From NCBI GenBank assembly GCA_965220375.1, contig OZ244824.1, positions 2,125,133 to 2,189,132 on the forward strand: 64,000 bases of DNA, given 5' to 3'. Shown here in pieces: positions 11,039 to 20,860 of this stretch (position 1 is the stretch's first letter; each line of letters opens with the position of its first letter). A program made the translations under genes and the position numbers. Source of the stretch: Dehalococcoidia bacterium (GTDB lineage Bacteria > Chloroflexota > Dehalococcoidia > Lucifugimonadales > JAGWBF01). A model generated the notes under the pieces. It saw only the letters and a program-made list of their open reading frames with translations, had not been told where the DNA came from and made no database searches.

Positions 11039-12091
11039 CTACAGGTTCCCCATGTCGATCTCTTGGCTGACCGAGTGGGAGCCGACCCCCTTGGACCAGC
11101 GGGGCACCAGGCATGACCAGGGCCCTCCCGGCCCTCCGCCCGCCAGGAGCACCAGGGACTCGGGGCCCAGCAGCACCGTGACCATCGCATCCTCGGAGCC
11201 TCGGTGGGGCGCCTCCCCCTTGTAGACGGAAGCCCATTCCGAGGCCGACCTTCGGGCCCGCTGGTGCACGAACTCCCGCACCTGGGCCTTGTCCCAACCC
11301 GCATCCTTGAAGAAGCCCCCGTGCTCCTGGGAGACCATCAGCAGCAGCTCCCGGTGGCCGTGGCCAAAGCCCATCATGCTGTCGATGGCGCCCGTCAGCA
11401 TCGCCTCGGCGGTCCCGGCGGGACGGGACTCCAGCTGGGTTGGCCCCAGGGACGTGAACAGGGTGACGGTGCTGGCTTCGGGGGAGAAGCCCCGCTCCAC
11501 GTGCAGAGACTCCCATGGGCTGTTCTCCTCATCCTCGGCGATGCAGTAGGTGTACTTGCCCGGATGTCCCAGGGTGGAGCGGTCGAGAACGCCGGGGTGG
11601 TTCTCCAGCACGTTGATGAGGAGCAGGCGGACGGCGCGGCCCACGGTGGCGTTGGTCCTGCGGTCTGGGCCGGGGCCGAAGATGTTGTGGCTGCTGGCGA
11701 ACCCCAGGCGGTGGCGCACCGGGCCGTTGACGACGATGAGGGGGGCGGACCCGCCGGTGCTGGCCGAGCTTCCGTGGAGGTTGTACTGGGGCTGCACCAT
11801 GCACTCCACGGCGGCGATGACCACGGGCATGTATTCGGGCAGGCAGCCGGCCATGACAGCGTTTATGGCCACCTTCTCGGCGGTGATGACTCGCCCGCGC
11901 ACCGGCTCGACGCCGATGATATCCGAGGGGCGGCGCTCCACGATCTCAAGGTAGCGCAGCACCTTCTCTTCCGTGGGGGGCACCACGGGCAGGCCGTCGG
12001 TCCAGCCCTTGCGGTAGCACATCTCCATGGCATCTTCGGTCCCGTCGGCATCCACCCGCCCGGACATCAGCGCGCCGGCGTCGTTGGTCAT
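11039..12091 (-). CDS. conserved hypothetical protein (upstream operon partner of the UGSC selenoprotein)
   Basis: 350-aa ORF ('MCYRKGWTDGLPVVPPT...', 'SSASTGGSAPLIVVNGP') whose family I do not recognise. Same strand, 65 nt upstream of the selenoprotein gene. Confidence 0.6.
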   Translation of the reverse strand: MTNDAGALMSGRVDADGTEDAMEMCYRKGWTDGLPVVPPTEEKVLRYLEIVERRPSDIIGVEPVRGRVITAEKVAINAVMAGCLPEYMPVVIAAVECMVQPQYNLHGSSASTGGSAPLIVVNGPVRHRLGFASSHNIFGPGPDRRTNATVGRAVRLLLINVLENHPGVLDRSTLGHPGKYTYCIAEDEENSPWESLHVERGFSPEASTVTLFTSLGPTQLESRPAGTAEAMLTGAIDSMMGFGHGHRELLLMVSQEHGGFFKDAGWDKAQVREFVHQRARRSASEWASVYKGEAPHRGSEDAMVTVLLGPESLVLLAGGGPGGPWSCLVPRWSKGVGSHSVSQEIDMGNL

Positions 12092-12116
12092 GGTCGCACC
12101 TTCTTTCCTGAGTAAC

Positions 12117-13937
12117 CTACGCTGGTAGGCCAGCTGTGGGGTCTCCGAACGTTTTGGCCATTTGAAGAGCGCTGGTTAAGTTGGACTCGATTGCCCGGTA
12201 ATTTGCAGGAGTACGGAAAAACTCGCGATGCCCTCGATATTCGCCACGGTCTTCTGTAGTTTGCCGTGCGGACCTAATCGCAGCGACAGAAATATCATAT
12301 ATAGGCTGGAATGAGTGGTCTATCACAGCCACTATCGACTCCGAATGGGCGGTCGAGAAAAGGAAGCTCTGGCCCAATCTATAGTGCTCTCGAAGGATAT
12401 CCCCTATTAGCCAAACTATGTGAAACCGTGCATATTCCAGCCAGTCGTCGTGTTCTTTATCCTCAGCAACCCTTTTCCACACTTTTCTCTGAACTACAGC
12501 TGGCAGCAGGAGCTGCTTTGCATTAAGGGACTGTGTGTAAATTCGATGATAGCTAAGCGGGCTCTCCCTCGAGATTGGAGAAAGGTCATCCGCCTTGTTG
12601 AGGAAGTCCCTTATCTTATCTTTAGCTTCCCCGGGGAAGCCTGCAAACGCAACGGCGGCTTGGGCGACTTCCTTGCTTGTTAACTTTCTGAATCCTTCTG
12701 TTGGGTCTCTATACTTCTCTTTTTCGTGCTGCCCCCCTAGCATCTTGCTCCACTCGCCTCGCTTGATCTGGTAGAACCAAGGCGGATCAATCTCATTAAA
12801 TTCGTTCTGAAGACGAATCTGTATGGCCTCGTTTGAAATGAAGTCTTCAGCCCGCATGGATGCCTGTGTGTTGGTCTTGTCCGCGATTGCTTGAGCAAAA
12901 TGCTGAGGACACTCGGTGAGTTTCACAGTTACCAGCACGTCCGGATCGTGCTGAACGGCTGCCCTAGCGTCCCAAATGGTCACTGTTGTTTGGCACCCGT
13001 TAACGATCTGGAAATTCTTCACCATCAGCTTATTGTTTTCTAACTTCCACGAGTCGCATATAGCTGTAATCCCGTTATTCAACAGGTGGAATCGTTGCCT
13101 ATCGGTCGGATCTGTGAGAGTACGCTTTATGTTTGCATTGATTCTGTTCCCTAGGGGACCGCGAGGGTTAAGCCGAAATAGCTTGTATCCATGTTTTCTA
13201 AAAGCTTCAACGACCTGCCTTACTGGTGTTGTCATGGAGAGGGTAGGATAAATGTTTGTTGTTTGGTGGTAAGCACTTGGTTCTAGCTGAAACTCTACAT
13301 CACAAGTCGTCAACATGTCGTCGCTGTCTCGTTGAGTAATGTGCTGTTGGTACAACCTCGCGAGGTCCCAACACTCAAGCGTAACCTTAACTTCGAATGC
13401 ACTGCCGTCAATTTCTTTGGTTACTGTCCAAGATCCCTTTTCTTCTGCGTATTTCCGGGACTGTGGGCTCAGATTGCCACTGGTTACCCAAACCAAATTT
13501 ATGGTGCATCCGTAATTGCTTTCCTTAAGCATTTTGATTAAGCGATCATGCAAATCCTTTGTCTCCTCATTTCGGCTTCCCACAACCTCGTTGGGGTTCA
13601 AAATGCGATTTACTGATTCCATGAATGGGGCTATCTCTGCAACTCCAATTGTTGTTCCAGCTCTACGATGTTTGCTCTGCACCAAATTCACTACGGCATC
13701 ATCATCTAATTCTGGGATATACCTGCCATCTATCTCAAAATCGTCCGGGCCGTCTATCGCAGTACATTCCACTATGTCTGTGTCCTGAATATCGTGGCCA
13801 ACCGTGAAGATGGTCGCAAAGGCCCAGTGAAGGAATCCTTTGTCTTGGTTTCCGCGGTAGTATTGTTCCGCGGCTTCGTCAATGAACGGAAGGACTTGGT
13901 CGTACCAATCTTGCTGTTGTTGCTTTTTACTGACCAT
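12117..13937 (-). CDS. AIPR (abortive-infection phage-resistance) family protein
   Basis: 606 aa. The N-terminal 'GFLHWAF...' region and the central 'LLNNGITAICD...FQIVNGCQTT' resemble the AIPR/Abi-like signature. The DNA is markedly more AT-rich than its neighbours. Confidence 0.7.
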   Translation of the reverse strand: MVSKKQQQQDWYDQVLPFIDEAAEQYYRGNQDKGFLHWAFATIFTVGHDIQDTDIVECTAIDGPDDFEIDGRYIPELDDDAVVNLVQSKHRRAGTTIGVAEIAPFMESVNRILNPNEVVGSRNEETKDLHDRLIKMLKESNYGCTINLVWVTSGNLSPQSRKYAEEKGSWTVTKEIDGSAFEVKVTLECWDLARLYQQHITQRDSDDMLTTCDVEFQLEPSAYHQTTNIYPTLSMTTPVRQVVEAFRKHGYKLFRLNPRGPLGNRINANIKRTLTDPTDRQRFHLLNNGITAICDSWKLENNKLMVKNFQIVNGCQTTVTIWDARAAVQHDPDVLVTVKLTECPQHFAQAIADKTNTQASMRAEDFISNEAIQIRLQNEFNEIDPPWFYQIKRGEWSKMLGGQHEKEKYRDPTEGFRKLTSKEVAQAAVAFAGFPGEAKDKIRDFLNKADDLSPISRESPLSYHRIYTQSLNAKQLLLPAVVQRKVWKRVAEDKEHDDWLEYARFHIVWLIGDILREHYRLGQSFLFSTAHSESIVAVIDHSFQPIYDISVAAIRSARQTTEDRGEYRGHREFFRTPANYRAIESNLTSALQMAKTFGDPTAGLPA

Positions 13938-13939
13938 TG

Positions 13940-14275
13940 CTAGTCCCCAATATGCAGCATGATGTAGTCGTTCTTCCAGGGTAGGTTGTCAATCCAGTGC
14001 CGCAATTCGGACTTCGTGGTCGCGTCGATGTTGCGAGAGGTTACCCAGCGATCAACTCGCCAGTCCAGGTATTGGCGGCTGAACTCGACTATCGCGTTGA
14101 GGGACCAGACGTAATCTTCCCCGTCGAAATCGTCTTCTGCTTCGTATTCATCGTCGCAGTCCCCTAAAGTTGGGTCCAATGACAGGGAGGCCAGGAAATC
14201 ATGTACCGGCCCTCTTGGACGTTCTAGATAATCAATGGTTACAACGCCTACATCCACGAGATGAACCCTTCTCAA
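13940..14275 (-). CDS. hypothetical small acidic protein, translationally coupled to the AIPR gene
   Basis: 111-aa ORF whose stop is 2 nt before the AIPR ATG. It has an acidic stretch 'DCDDEYEAEDDFDGEDY', the same AT-rich composition and no recognisable family. Confidence 0.5.
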   Translation of the reverse strand: MRRVHLVDVGVVTIDYLERPRGPVHDFLASLSLDPTLGDCDDEYEAEDDFDGEDYVWSLNAIVEFSRQYLDWRVDRWVTSRNIDATTKSELRHWIDNLPWKNDYIMLHIGD

Positions 14276-14392
14276 AGTGGTGCTTCAAGTTTACCAGATG
14301 CGGGTGATTTCCGTGTCGATTCTTGTCAGTTTATGGGCTTTCACCCTCGGCTGACCCTCTGTGGGAATAGCGGAGGCCTATCACCCTCCCCC

Positions 14393-15289
14393 CTACCACA
14401 GGCTGACCATGCAGACGCCGCCGATAATGGTGGCCACGGCTATGGCTTTCTGCAGCAGTACTTCTTTCTCCAGGGGCTCGTCCATTATGTTCAGCTTCGG
14501 TGTGCTTAGGATTGTGCTATAGGCAAAAACGAACAAAGGCCTTGTGGCCAGAAGGGACGACACCAGGGAGACAGGTCCCATGTCGGTGGCTATGAGCACA
14601 AGAGTAAGGGCGCAACTGCTGCCCGCCAGCTCCGCCAGCACAAATAGGCCCATGGCCTTCCTGTTCTTGAGGGAGGTGCGAATGCCTGCCAGCCGAGACG
14701 GGCGGAAGAAGGTGAGGAAGATGCACGCCATGCCCAGGCTGCGGAATATGAAGACATCGTAAACGGGCATCAGCTCCAGGGCGGGCTTGCTTAAGAGTAT
14801 GGCCAATGCGATGAAGAGGCTGGATGCAACAAGTATTGGCAAGGAACGGTTGAACCTTATCAGCCCGGACCTGAGCGAACCCCGGAATGAGATGATGGCC
14901 GCCCCCACCACCACGGCCACGATGCCCGCCCACTGCCCGGCGTTCAGCACCTCGTCCAGGAAGATGAGGGCCAGGATGGACACGAACACGGGGAAGGTCT
15001 GGTAGATGGCAACTACCCTGGATGCCTCCTCCATGCGGAAGCCGAGGAACACGCACATGAGCCCGACTCCCCAGATGAGCCCCGACAGGTATGCCAGCAG
15101 GATGCCCTCCCCCGATTGGGGGATGCCGGCTGCCAGCAGCACCGTCGTCCCCGAGATGGTGAGGAATACTCCCTCCCATATGAAGAAGACGGACACCAGG
15201 GGAAAGTGGCGGCTCAGCAGGATGCGGTCTGCGATGTTGACGCCGCCGAAGATAGCTGAGCTGCCCAGGGCAGCGAGGATCCAGTACAT
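14393..15289 (-). CDS. EamA/DMT-family transporter
   Basis: 298 aa with about 10 hydrophobic helices and a two-fold EamA-like organisation. Confidence 0.75.
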   Translation of the reverse strand: MYWILAALGSSAIFGGVNIADRILLSRHFPLVSVFFIWEGVFLTISGTTVLLAAGIPQSGEGILLAYLSGLIWGVGLMCVFLGFRMEEASRVVAIYQTFPVFVSILALIFLDEVLNAGQWAGIVAVVVGAAIISFRGSLRSGLIRFNRSLPILVASSLFIALAILLSKPALELMPVYDVFIFRSLGMACIFLTFFRPSRLAGIRTSLKNRKAMGLFVLAELAGSSCALTLVLIATDMGPVSLVSSLLATRPLFVFAYSTILSTPKLNIMDEPLEKEVLLQKAIAVATIIGGVCMVSLW

Positions 15290-15359
15290 CTATCTATGAA
15301 AGGCGGGGGCCGGCTCCGGCGCGGGCAACCCAAAACTCTGATTACGCAACTAGGAACCC

Positions 15360-15388
15360 TTTACAAATCTTTGTTGGATGCTTAGAAT
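15360..15388 (+). promoter_or_regulatory. candidate sigma70-type promoter of the ilv-leu leader (TTTACA-17 nt-TAGAAT)
   Basis: -35 TTTACA at 15360..15365, an exact 17-nt spacer, and -10 TAGAAT at 15383..15388, just upstream of the T-box leader. Confidence 0.5.
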
Positions 15389-15394
15389 TGTACA

Positions 15395-15661
15395 AGCAAG
15401 TCAATAGTTCCGCGTCTGAAGGGGAGTAGTAGGGACCGAGAGCCCCCAGAGAGCCGGCGACAGGTGAAAGGCCGGCGGCTGCCAAATCCCGAACTCGCCC
15501 CGGAGCGGCCCTCCTGAAAGCGCCCGCCGTGTGCGTTCGCCGGGTAGGGAAGGGCGGTGGACACCGATAACGTCATCGAGGTGCTCGGGTGATGCAAATC
15601 ACCGGGAACGAGGGTGGTACCGCGGGAAAGTGACCCGTCCCTTAGGGATGGGTCTTTTTTT
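15395..15661 (+). ncRNA. T-box riboswitch leader, probable Leu (CUC) specifier
   Basis: Stem I elements are present: GAAGG..AGUAGUA, CAGAGAG and GGUGAAAGG. The specifier-loop candidate is 'GAA CUC G'. The canonical T-box motif AGGGUGGUACCGCG lies at 15611..15624 and overlaps a terminator. Downstream is ilvBNC-leuACD. Confidence 0.75.
15632..15661 (+). terminator. intrinsic terminator of the T-box leader
   Basis: The hairpin GACCCGUCCC-UUA-GGGAUGGGUC is followed by a run of 7 U. Confidence 0.8.
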
Positions 15662-15684
15662 ATAAGGCCCAGCGAGGTTAGACG

Positions 15685-17406
15685 ATGAAGCTCACAGGTG
15701 CCCAGTTAGTCTGCGAAAGCCTTCTCAAGGAGAAGGTGGAGGTGGCTTTCGGCCTGCCCGGCGGGGCGATCCTGCCGTTGTACGGAGCGATGCCCGAATA
15801 CCCCCAGCTGCGCCACATACTGGTGCGTCATGAACAGGCGGCAGCTATGGCCGCCGACGGCTACGCCAGGGTTACGGGCAAGGTCGGGGTGTGCATCGCC
15901 ACTTCGGGGCCGGGGGCGACTAACCTGGTAACGGGCATCGCCACCGCCCAGATGGACTCCATCCCCATCGTGGCCATCACCGGGCAGGTGCCGAGGGCGG
16001 CCATCGGCAAGGATGCCTTCCAGGAAACGGATATGACGGGCATCACCCTGCCTGTTACGAAGCACAACTACTTGATCATGTCGGCGGCGGAGATACCCCA
16101 GGCGATCAAGGAGGCATTCTACATCGCCAACACGGGCAGGCCCGGCCCCGTCCTCATAGATATCCCCAAGGATGTACTGCTGAACGACCAGGCGGAGTTC
16201 TCCTACCCGGACAATGTGGACCTGCCGGGGTACAAGCCAACGGTGGACGGGCACCCTGCCCAGATACAGAAGGCTGCCCAGCTAATTTCCCAAGCCAAGA
16301 GGCCGCTGATCCTGGCGGGGCACGGCATCATCATCTCCAGGGCTTACGAAGAGGTCTTGGAGCTGGCGGAGAAGGCGCAAATCCCTGTGGTGACAACGCT
16401 GCTGGGCATAAGCTCCTTCCCCTCGGACCACTTCCTGAACGTGGGTATGCCGGGCATGCACGGGATGGCTTACGCCAGCATGGCCATAGACCAGGCGGAC
16501 GTCCTCATCTCCCTAGGGATGCGATTCGATGACCGGGTAACGGGTCGGCTGTCCGATTTCGCGCCCAATGCGAAGGTGGTGCACATCGACGTTGACCCGT
16601 CGGAGATCAGCAAGAACGTTAAGGCCGATGTCCCCATCGTGGGCGACCTGAAGCGGGTGCTAAAGGCGCTGCTTCCCCACGTGGAGCAGGCGGTGCATTC
16701 CGATTGGGTGCAGCAGGTGGAAGATATGCGGGTGGAGCATCCCTCGCACCGGATTCGGGAGACGGACCAGATGCTTCCCCAGTTCATCCTGCGCACCCTG
16801 TCCGACGTAACCGACGGGAAGGCCCTGGTGGTAACGGGCGTGGGCCAGCACCAGATGTGGGCTGCCCAGCACTGCCGGTTCAAGGACCCCAATAGCCTGA
16901 TAACCTCTGGGGGATTGGGCGCCATGGGGTTCGAGGTGCCGGCGGCCATGGGGGCCAAGGTGGGCGCCCCTGACAAGGTGGTCTGGTCCATCGCCGGGGA
17001 CGGCGGGTTCCAGATGACCTTGTGCGACCTGGCGACCTGCGTGGAGAACAACATCGACGTCAAGTTCGCCATTATGAACAACGGGTATTTGGGCATGGTG
17101 CGTCAGTGGCAGGACTTCTTCTACGACAAGGTCTATACGGCCACCAGCTACTCCCACAACCCCGACTTTGTGAAGCTGGCGGAGGCCTACGGGGTGCCCG
17201 GAATACGGGTTACCGACAAGTCTCAGGTGGAGTCCTCAATACGGCAGGCGATGATGGAGCCGGGGCCGGTGGTGGTGGACTTCCTCGTAGAGCCTGAGGA
17301 GAACGTCTTCCCGATGATCCCGGCGGGGGAGAGCTTGGCACAGATGCTGGAGGAGCCGGGCCAGGAGCCCGCCTTCCAAGCCAGCAACGAAGGGATAGCC
17401 ACATGA
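15685..17406 (+). CDS. ilvB: acetolactate synthase, large (catalytic) subunit
   Basis: 573 aa with ThDP-enzyme motifs ('GGAILPLYGA', 'ATSGPGATNL', 'GGLGAMGFEVPAAMGA', 'GDGGFQM'). Confidence 0.92.
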   Translation: MKLTGAQLVCESLLKEKVEVAFGLPGGAILPLYGAMPEYPQLRHILVRHEQAAAMAADGYARVTGKVGVCIATSGPGATNLVTGIATAQMDSIPIVAITGQVPRAAIGKDAFQETDMTGITLPVTKHNYLIMSAAEIPQAIKEAFYIANTGRPGPVLIDIPKDVLLNDQAEFSYPDNVDLPGYKPTVDGHPAQIQKAAQLISQAKRPLILAGHGIIISRAYEEVLELAEKAQIPVVTTLLGISSFPSDHFLNVGMPGMHGMAYASMAIDQADVLISLGMRFDDRVTGRLSDFAPNAKVVHIDVDPSEISKNVKADVPIVGDLKRVLKALLPHVEQAVHSDWVQQVEDMRVEHPSHRIRETDQMLPQFILRTLSDVTDGKALVVTGVGQHQMWAAQHCRFKDPNSLITSGGLGAMGFEVPAAMGAKVGAPDKVVWSIAGDGGFQMTLCDLATCVENNIDVKFAIMNNGYLGMVRQWQDFFYDKVYTATSYSHNPDFVKLAEAYGVPGIRVTDKSQVESSIRQAMMEPGPVVVDFLVEPEENVFPMIPAGESLAQMLEEPGQEPAFQASNEGIAT

Positions 17407-17984
17407 GCGCTGCATCCGAACGCCATACCATAGTTGCGCTGGTGCAGGACCGGCCCGGCGTCCTGAACCGGGTTTCAAGCCTGTTCCGGCGGCGGGGGTT
17501 CAACATCGCCAGCTTGGCCGTTGGGCAGAGCGAGCAGCCCAACCTCTCCCGCATGACCTTCGTGGTCGAAGGGGATATTGCCACCATGGAGCAGGTGACC
17601 AAGCAGCTGAACAAGCTGATCGACGTGGTGAAGGTGTCGGAGCTGGTGGAGGAGGAGATAGTCGCCAGGGAAGTTGCGTTGATCAAGGTGCGGGCCACCC
17701 CCACAGCCCGGAGCGAGATCATCCAGCTGGTGAACATCTTCCGGGCCAACATCGTGGATGTCGGCCCCCAGTCCCTCATCATCGAGATAACCAGCGGTGA
17801 AGACAAGATAGATGCTATGTACAACCTGCTGCGTCCCTTCGGGATACGAGAGGTGATGCGCACCGGGCGCATCGCCATGTCCCGGAGCGTAGCTGAAACC
17901 AGGACTGAACGGCCCAGGGGCGATACGCCCACACCAACAAGAAACGGCGCCGAACATGAACAGACCCAGGTGCCGTACGGATGA
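17403..17984 (+). CDS. ilvN: acetolactate synthase, small (regulatory) subunit
   Basis: 'HTIVALVQDRPGVLNRVSSLFRRRGFNIASLAVG' is the ACT domain. The start overlaps the ilvB stop. Confidence 0.9.
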   Translation: MSAASERHTIVALVQDRPGVLNRVSSLFRRRGFNIASLAVGQSEQPNLSRMTFVVEGDIATMEQVTKQLNKLIDVVKVSELVEEEIVAREVALIKVRATPTARSEIIQLVNIFRANIVDVGPQSLIIEITSGEDKIDAMYNLLRPFGIREVMRTGRIAMSRSVAETRTERPRGDTPTPTRNGAEHEQTQVPYG

Positions 17985-17996
17985 GGTGCTATTAGT

Positions 17997-18995
17997 ATGC
18001 CCAACGTCTATTACGACAACGACGCCAACCTGGAAACGCTCCAGGACAAGACCATCGGCATTATCGGATATGGCAGCCAGGGCCACGCCCATGCCCTGAG
18101 CCTCAAGGACAATGGGCAGAGGGTGAAGGTGGGCCTGCCACCCACCAGCGCCAGCCGCGCCAAGGCCCAGGACGCGGGACTGGAAGTGGATGGTGTGGAG
18201 CAGGTCACCAAGGACAGCGAGGTGGTGATGGTGCTGATTCCCGACCATGTGCAGGGCCGGGTGTATAGAGAGTCCATCCAACCCAACCTCGCTCCCCAAA
18301 GCACCCTGATGTTCGGGCACGGCTTCAACATCCACTACAAGCAGATCGTTCCCCCGGACAACGTAAACGTGACCATGGTGGCCCCCAAGGCCCCGGGACA
18401 TCGTATGCGGGAGATGTTCGTGGACGGCATCGGCGTCCCGGCCTTGATGGCCATCGAGCAGGATGCCACCGGCGATGCAAAGCCGATTACCCTGGCATAT
18501 GCCAAGGGAATTGGCTGCACGGGCGCCGGGGTGCTGGAAACGACCTTCAAGGATGAAACGGAGACGGACCTGTTCGGCGAGCAGAACGTGCTCTGCGGGG
18601 GCATAACCGCCCTCATAAAGACGGCCTTCGAGACCCTGGTGGAAGCGGGCTACGAGCCGGAGCTGGCCTACTTCGAGTGTCTCCATGAGATGAAGCTGAT
18701 CGTAGACCTCATATTCCAGGGAGGCTTCAAGTACATGCGTTACTCGGTGAGCGACACCGCCGAGTATGGCGACTACACCCGGGGGCCGAGGGTTATTGAC
18801 GAGCACGTCCGGGAGAACATGCGCAAAATACTACGGGACATACAGGATGGCAGCTTTGCCAGGGAGTGGATGGCGGAGAACGATGAAGGACGGAAGCGCT
18901 TCCTCCGGCTTAGAGAGGAAGGCTCCGAGCACCAAATCGAGGAGGTCGGCAGGGATCTCCGTCGCATGATGCCATGGATGAACCCTGTCGAATGA
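17997..18995 (+). CDS. ilvC: ketol-acid reductoisomerase
   Basis: 332 aa ('[21 protein letters not shown]', 'GHGFNIHY', '[11 protein letters not shown]'). Confidence 0.93.
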   Translation: MPNVYYDNDANLETLQDKTIGIIGYGSQGHAHALSLKDNGQRVKVGLPPTSASRAKAQDAGLEVDGVEQVTKDSEVVMVLIPDHVQGRVYRESIQPNLAPQSTLMFGHGFNIHYKQIVPPDNVNVTMVAPKAPGHRMREMFVDGIGVPALMAIEQDATGDAKPITLAYAKGIGCTGAGVLETTFKDETETDLFGEQNVLCGGITALIKTAFETLVEAGYEPELAYFECLHEMKLIVDLIFQGGFKYMRYSVSDTAEYGDYTRGPRVIDEHVRENMRKILRDIQDGSFAREWMAENDEGRKRFLRLREEGSEHQIEEVGRDLRRMMPWMNPVE

Positions 18996-19192
18996 ACACG
19001 GGGGATAGCATGTTCGGGATGAATGCCATGATGGAGGACATGAATAGCGTAGTCCGCCACACCTCACGGCGCCGAGAAGGGCTTGAGGCGGCGGACTGCG
19101 TTATCCTGCGACCCCTTCTGAAACCATAGCCCGACAGATATGGCGGAATGGCCTACGGGCCTAATTCAAGAGTCAGAAGGGAGAAGGAAGAG

Positions 19193-20752
19193 ATGGCAGA
19201 AGATCATGTAAGGATATTTGACACAACCCTCCGGGACGGGGAGCAGTCGGCGGGCATCGGCATGACCGGCGAAGAGAAGCTGGAGATTGCCCACCAGCTG
19301 GCCCGCCTCAAGGTGGACGTCATCGAAGCGGGCTTCGCAGCTAGCTCGCCAGGAGACTTCGAGGCGGTCAAGACCATCGCCCGGGTCGTGAAGGGCCCGA
19401 TTATTGCTTCCCTGGCCCGCGCCCATGCCGATGATGTGGACAAGGCTTGGGAGGCGCTGAAGGAAGCCGAGTCTCCCAGGATTCATGTGTTCCTCTCCAG
19501 CTCCGACATCCAGATACTCCACCAGCTTCGCAAGAACCGGGAAGAGGTCATGGAGATGGCGGTGGAGATGGTTGCGAGGGCGAAGAAGTACTGCGACGAC
19601 GTCGAGTTCTCTCCCATGGATGCCACTCGAACTACCCCCGAATACCTGTACCACCTGCTCGAAGCCGTTATCGACGCTGGCGCAACGACGGTCAACATAG
19701 CCGACACCGTTGGCTACGCCATACCCTCCCACTTCACCAATCTGTTGAAGGACATACAGGCAAACGTGCCCAACATGCACAAGGCGGTGCTTAGCGTCCA
19801 CTGCCACAATGACCTGGGCTTCGCCGTTTCCAACAGCGTGGCCGCCATACAGTCGGGCGCGCGCCAGGTGGAGGGGTGCATCAACGGCATAGGCGAGCGG
19901 GCCGGCAACGCAGCCCTGGAAGAGATAATCATGGCGCTGCACACCCGCCGGGATATTCTGAACGTAACCACCAACATCGATACCACCCAGATCTACCCGA
20001 CCAGCCGCATGGTGAGCCGGATTACGGGCATGCCTATCCAGCCCAACAAGTCGGTCATCGGCGAGAATGCCTTCCGACATGCCTCGGGCATCCACCAGGA
20101 CGGTGTGCTCAAGGAGCGCACTACCTTCGAGGTGATGGACCCGGTGACTGTCGGCTGGCCGGGCAACTCCCTGGTGCTGGGCAAGCTCAGCGGCCGCGCC
20201 GGGCTGCGCTCCCGCCTGGAAGCCCTCGGCTATAACCTTTCCCGCGAAGACCTGGACCGGGTGTTCGAGGCCTTCAAGCTCCTTGCCGACCGCAAGAGCG
20301 AGGTTACCGACAGGGACCTGGAATCCCTGATGGCCGAGGAGAAGCGAGTAGCTATAGAGCCTGCCACCTACCTGCTGGACCAGGTGCAATTCTCCGGGGG
20401 TGACCATGACATCGCCACAGCGACGGTGCGGGTAACCGGCCCCGGAGAACGGTCCTACAGCGACGCCGCCACCGGCAACGGTCCCGTGGATGCGGTGTGC
20501 AGGGCCATCGAAAGGGCAACGGGAGTGCAGGCCAGGCTGGCCGACTTCAATGTGCACTCGGTAACCGAGGGCAAGGACTCCATCGGAGAAGTGGTGGTGC
20601 GGGTCCAGCAGAATGGCGAGGTTTACATGGGCAGGGGCGCATCAACGGACATTATCGTAGCCAGCGCCAAGGCCTACCTGAGCGCCGTCAACCGCATGAT
20701 TTCCCAGGAGGGCTTGGGAGCGGCGGCGGCGCCCCTTACCACACCTGACTAG
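19193..20752 (+). CDS. leuA: 2-isopropylmalate synthase
   Basis: 'VRIFDTTLRDGEQS', 'HCHNDLG' and a C-terminal LeuA dimerisation/regulatory region. The start is placed at the internal ATG (MAEDH...); the ORF extends back to 19148. Confidence 0.9.
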   Translation: MAEDHVRIFDTTLRDGEQSAGIGMTGEEKLEIAHQLARLKVDVIEAGFAASSPGDFEAVKTIARVVKGPIIASLARAHADDVDKAWEALKEAESPRIHVFLSSSDIQILHQLRKNREEVMEMAVEMVARAKKYCDDVEFSPMDATRTTPEYLYHLLEAVIDAGATTVNIADTVGYAIPSHFTNLLKDIQANVPNMHKAVLSVHCHNDLGFAVSNSVAAIQSGARQVEGCINGIGERAGNAALEEIIMALHTRRDILNVTTNIDTTQIYPTSRMVSRITGMPIQPNKSVIGENAFRHASGIHQDGVLKERTTFEVMDPVTVGWPGNSLVLGKLSGRAGLRSRLEALGYNLSREDLDRVFEAFKLLADRKSEVTDRDLESLMAEEKRVAIEPATYLLDQVQFSGGDHDIATATVRVTGPGERSYSDAATGNGPVDAVCRAIERATGVQARLADFNVHSVTEGKDSIGEVVVRVQQNGEVYMGRGASTDIIVASAKAYLSAVNRMISQEGLGAAAAPLTTPD

Positions 20753-20860
20753 AGTTGCAAAATCGGCCGCTGGGACAGCCCCCTCCCTTGCCGGAACTTG
20801 CAGGGCATAGGGCTGCCGGACTCACCCAGGGAGATAACTGGGTTCCAAGGAGGGTCGCCT

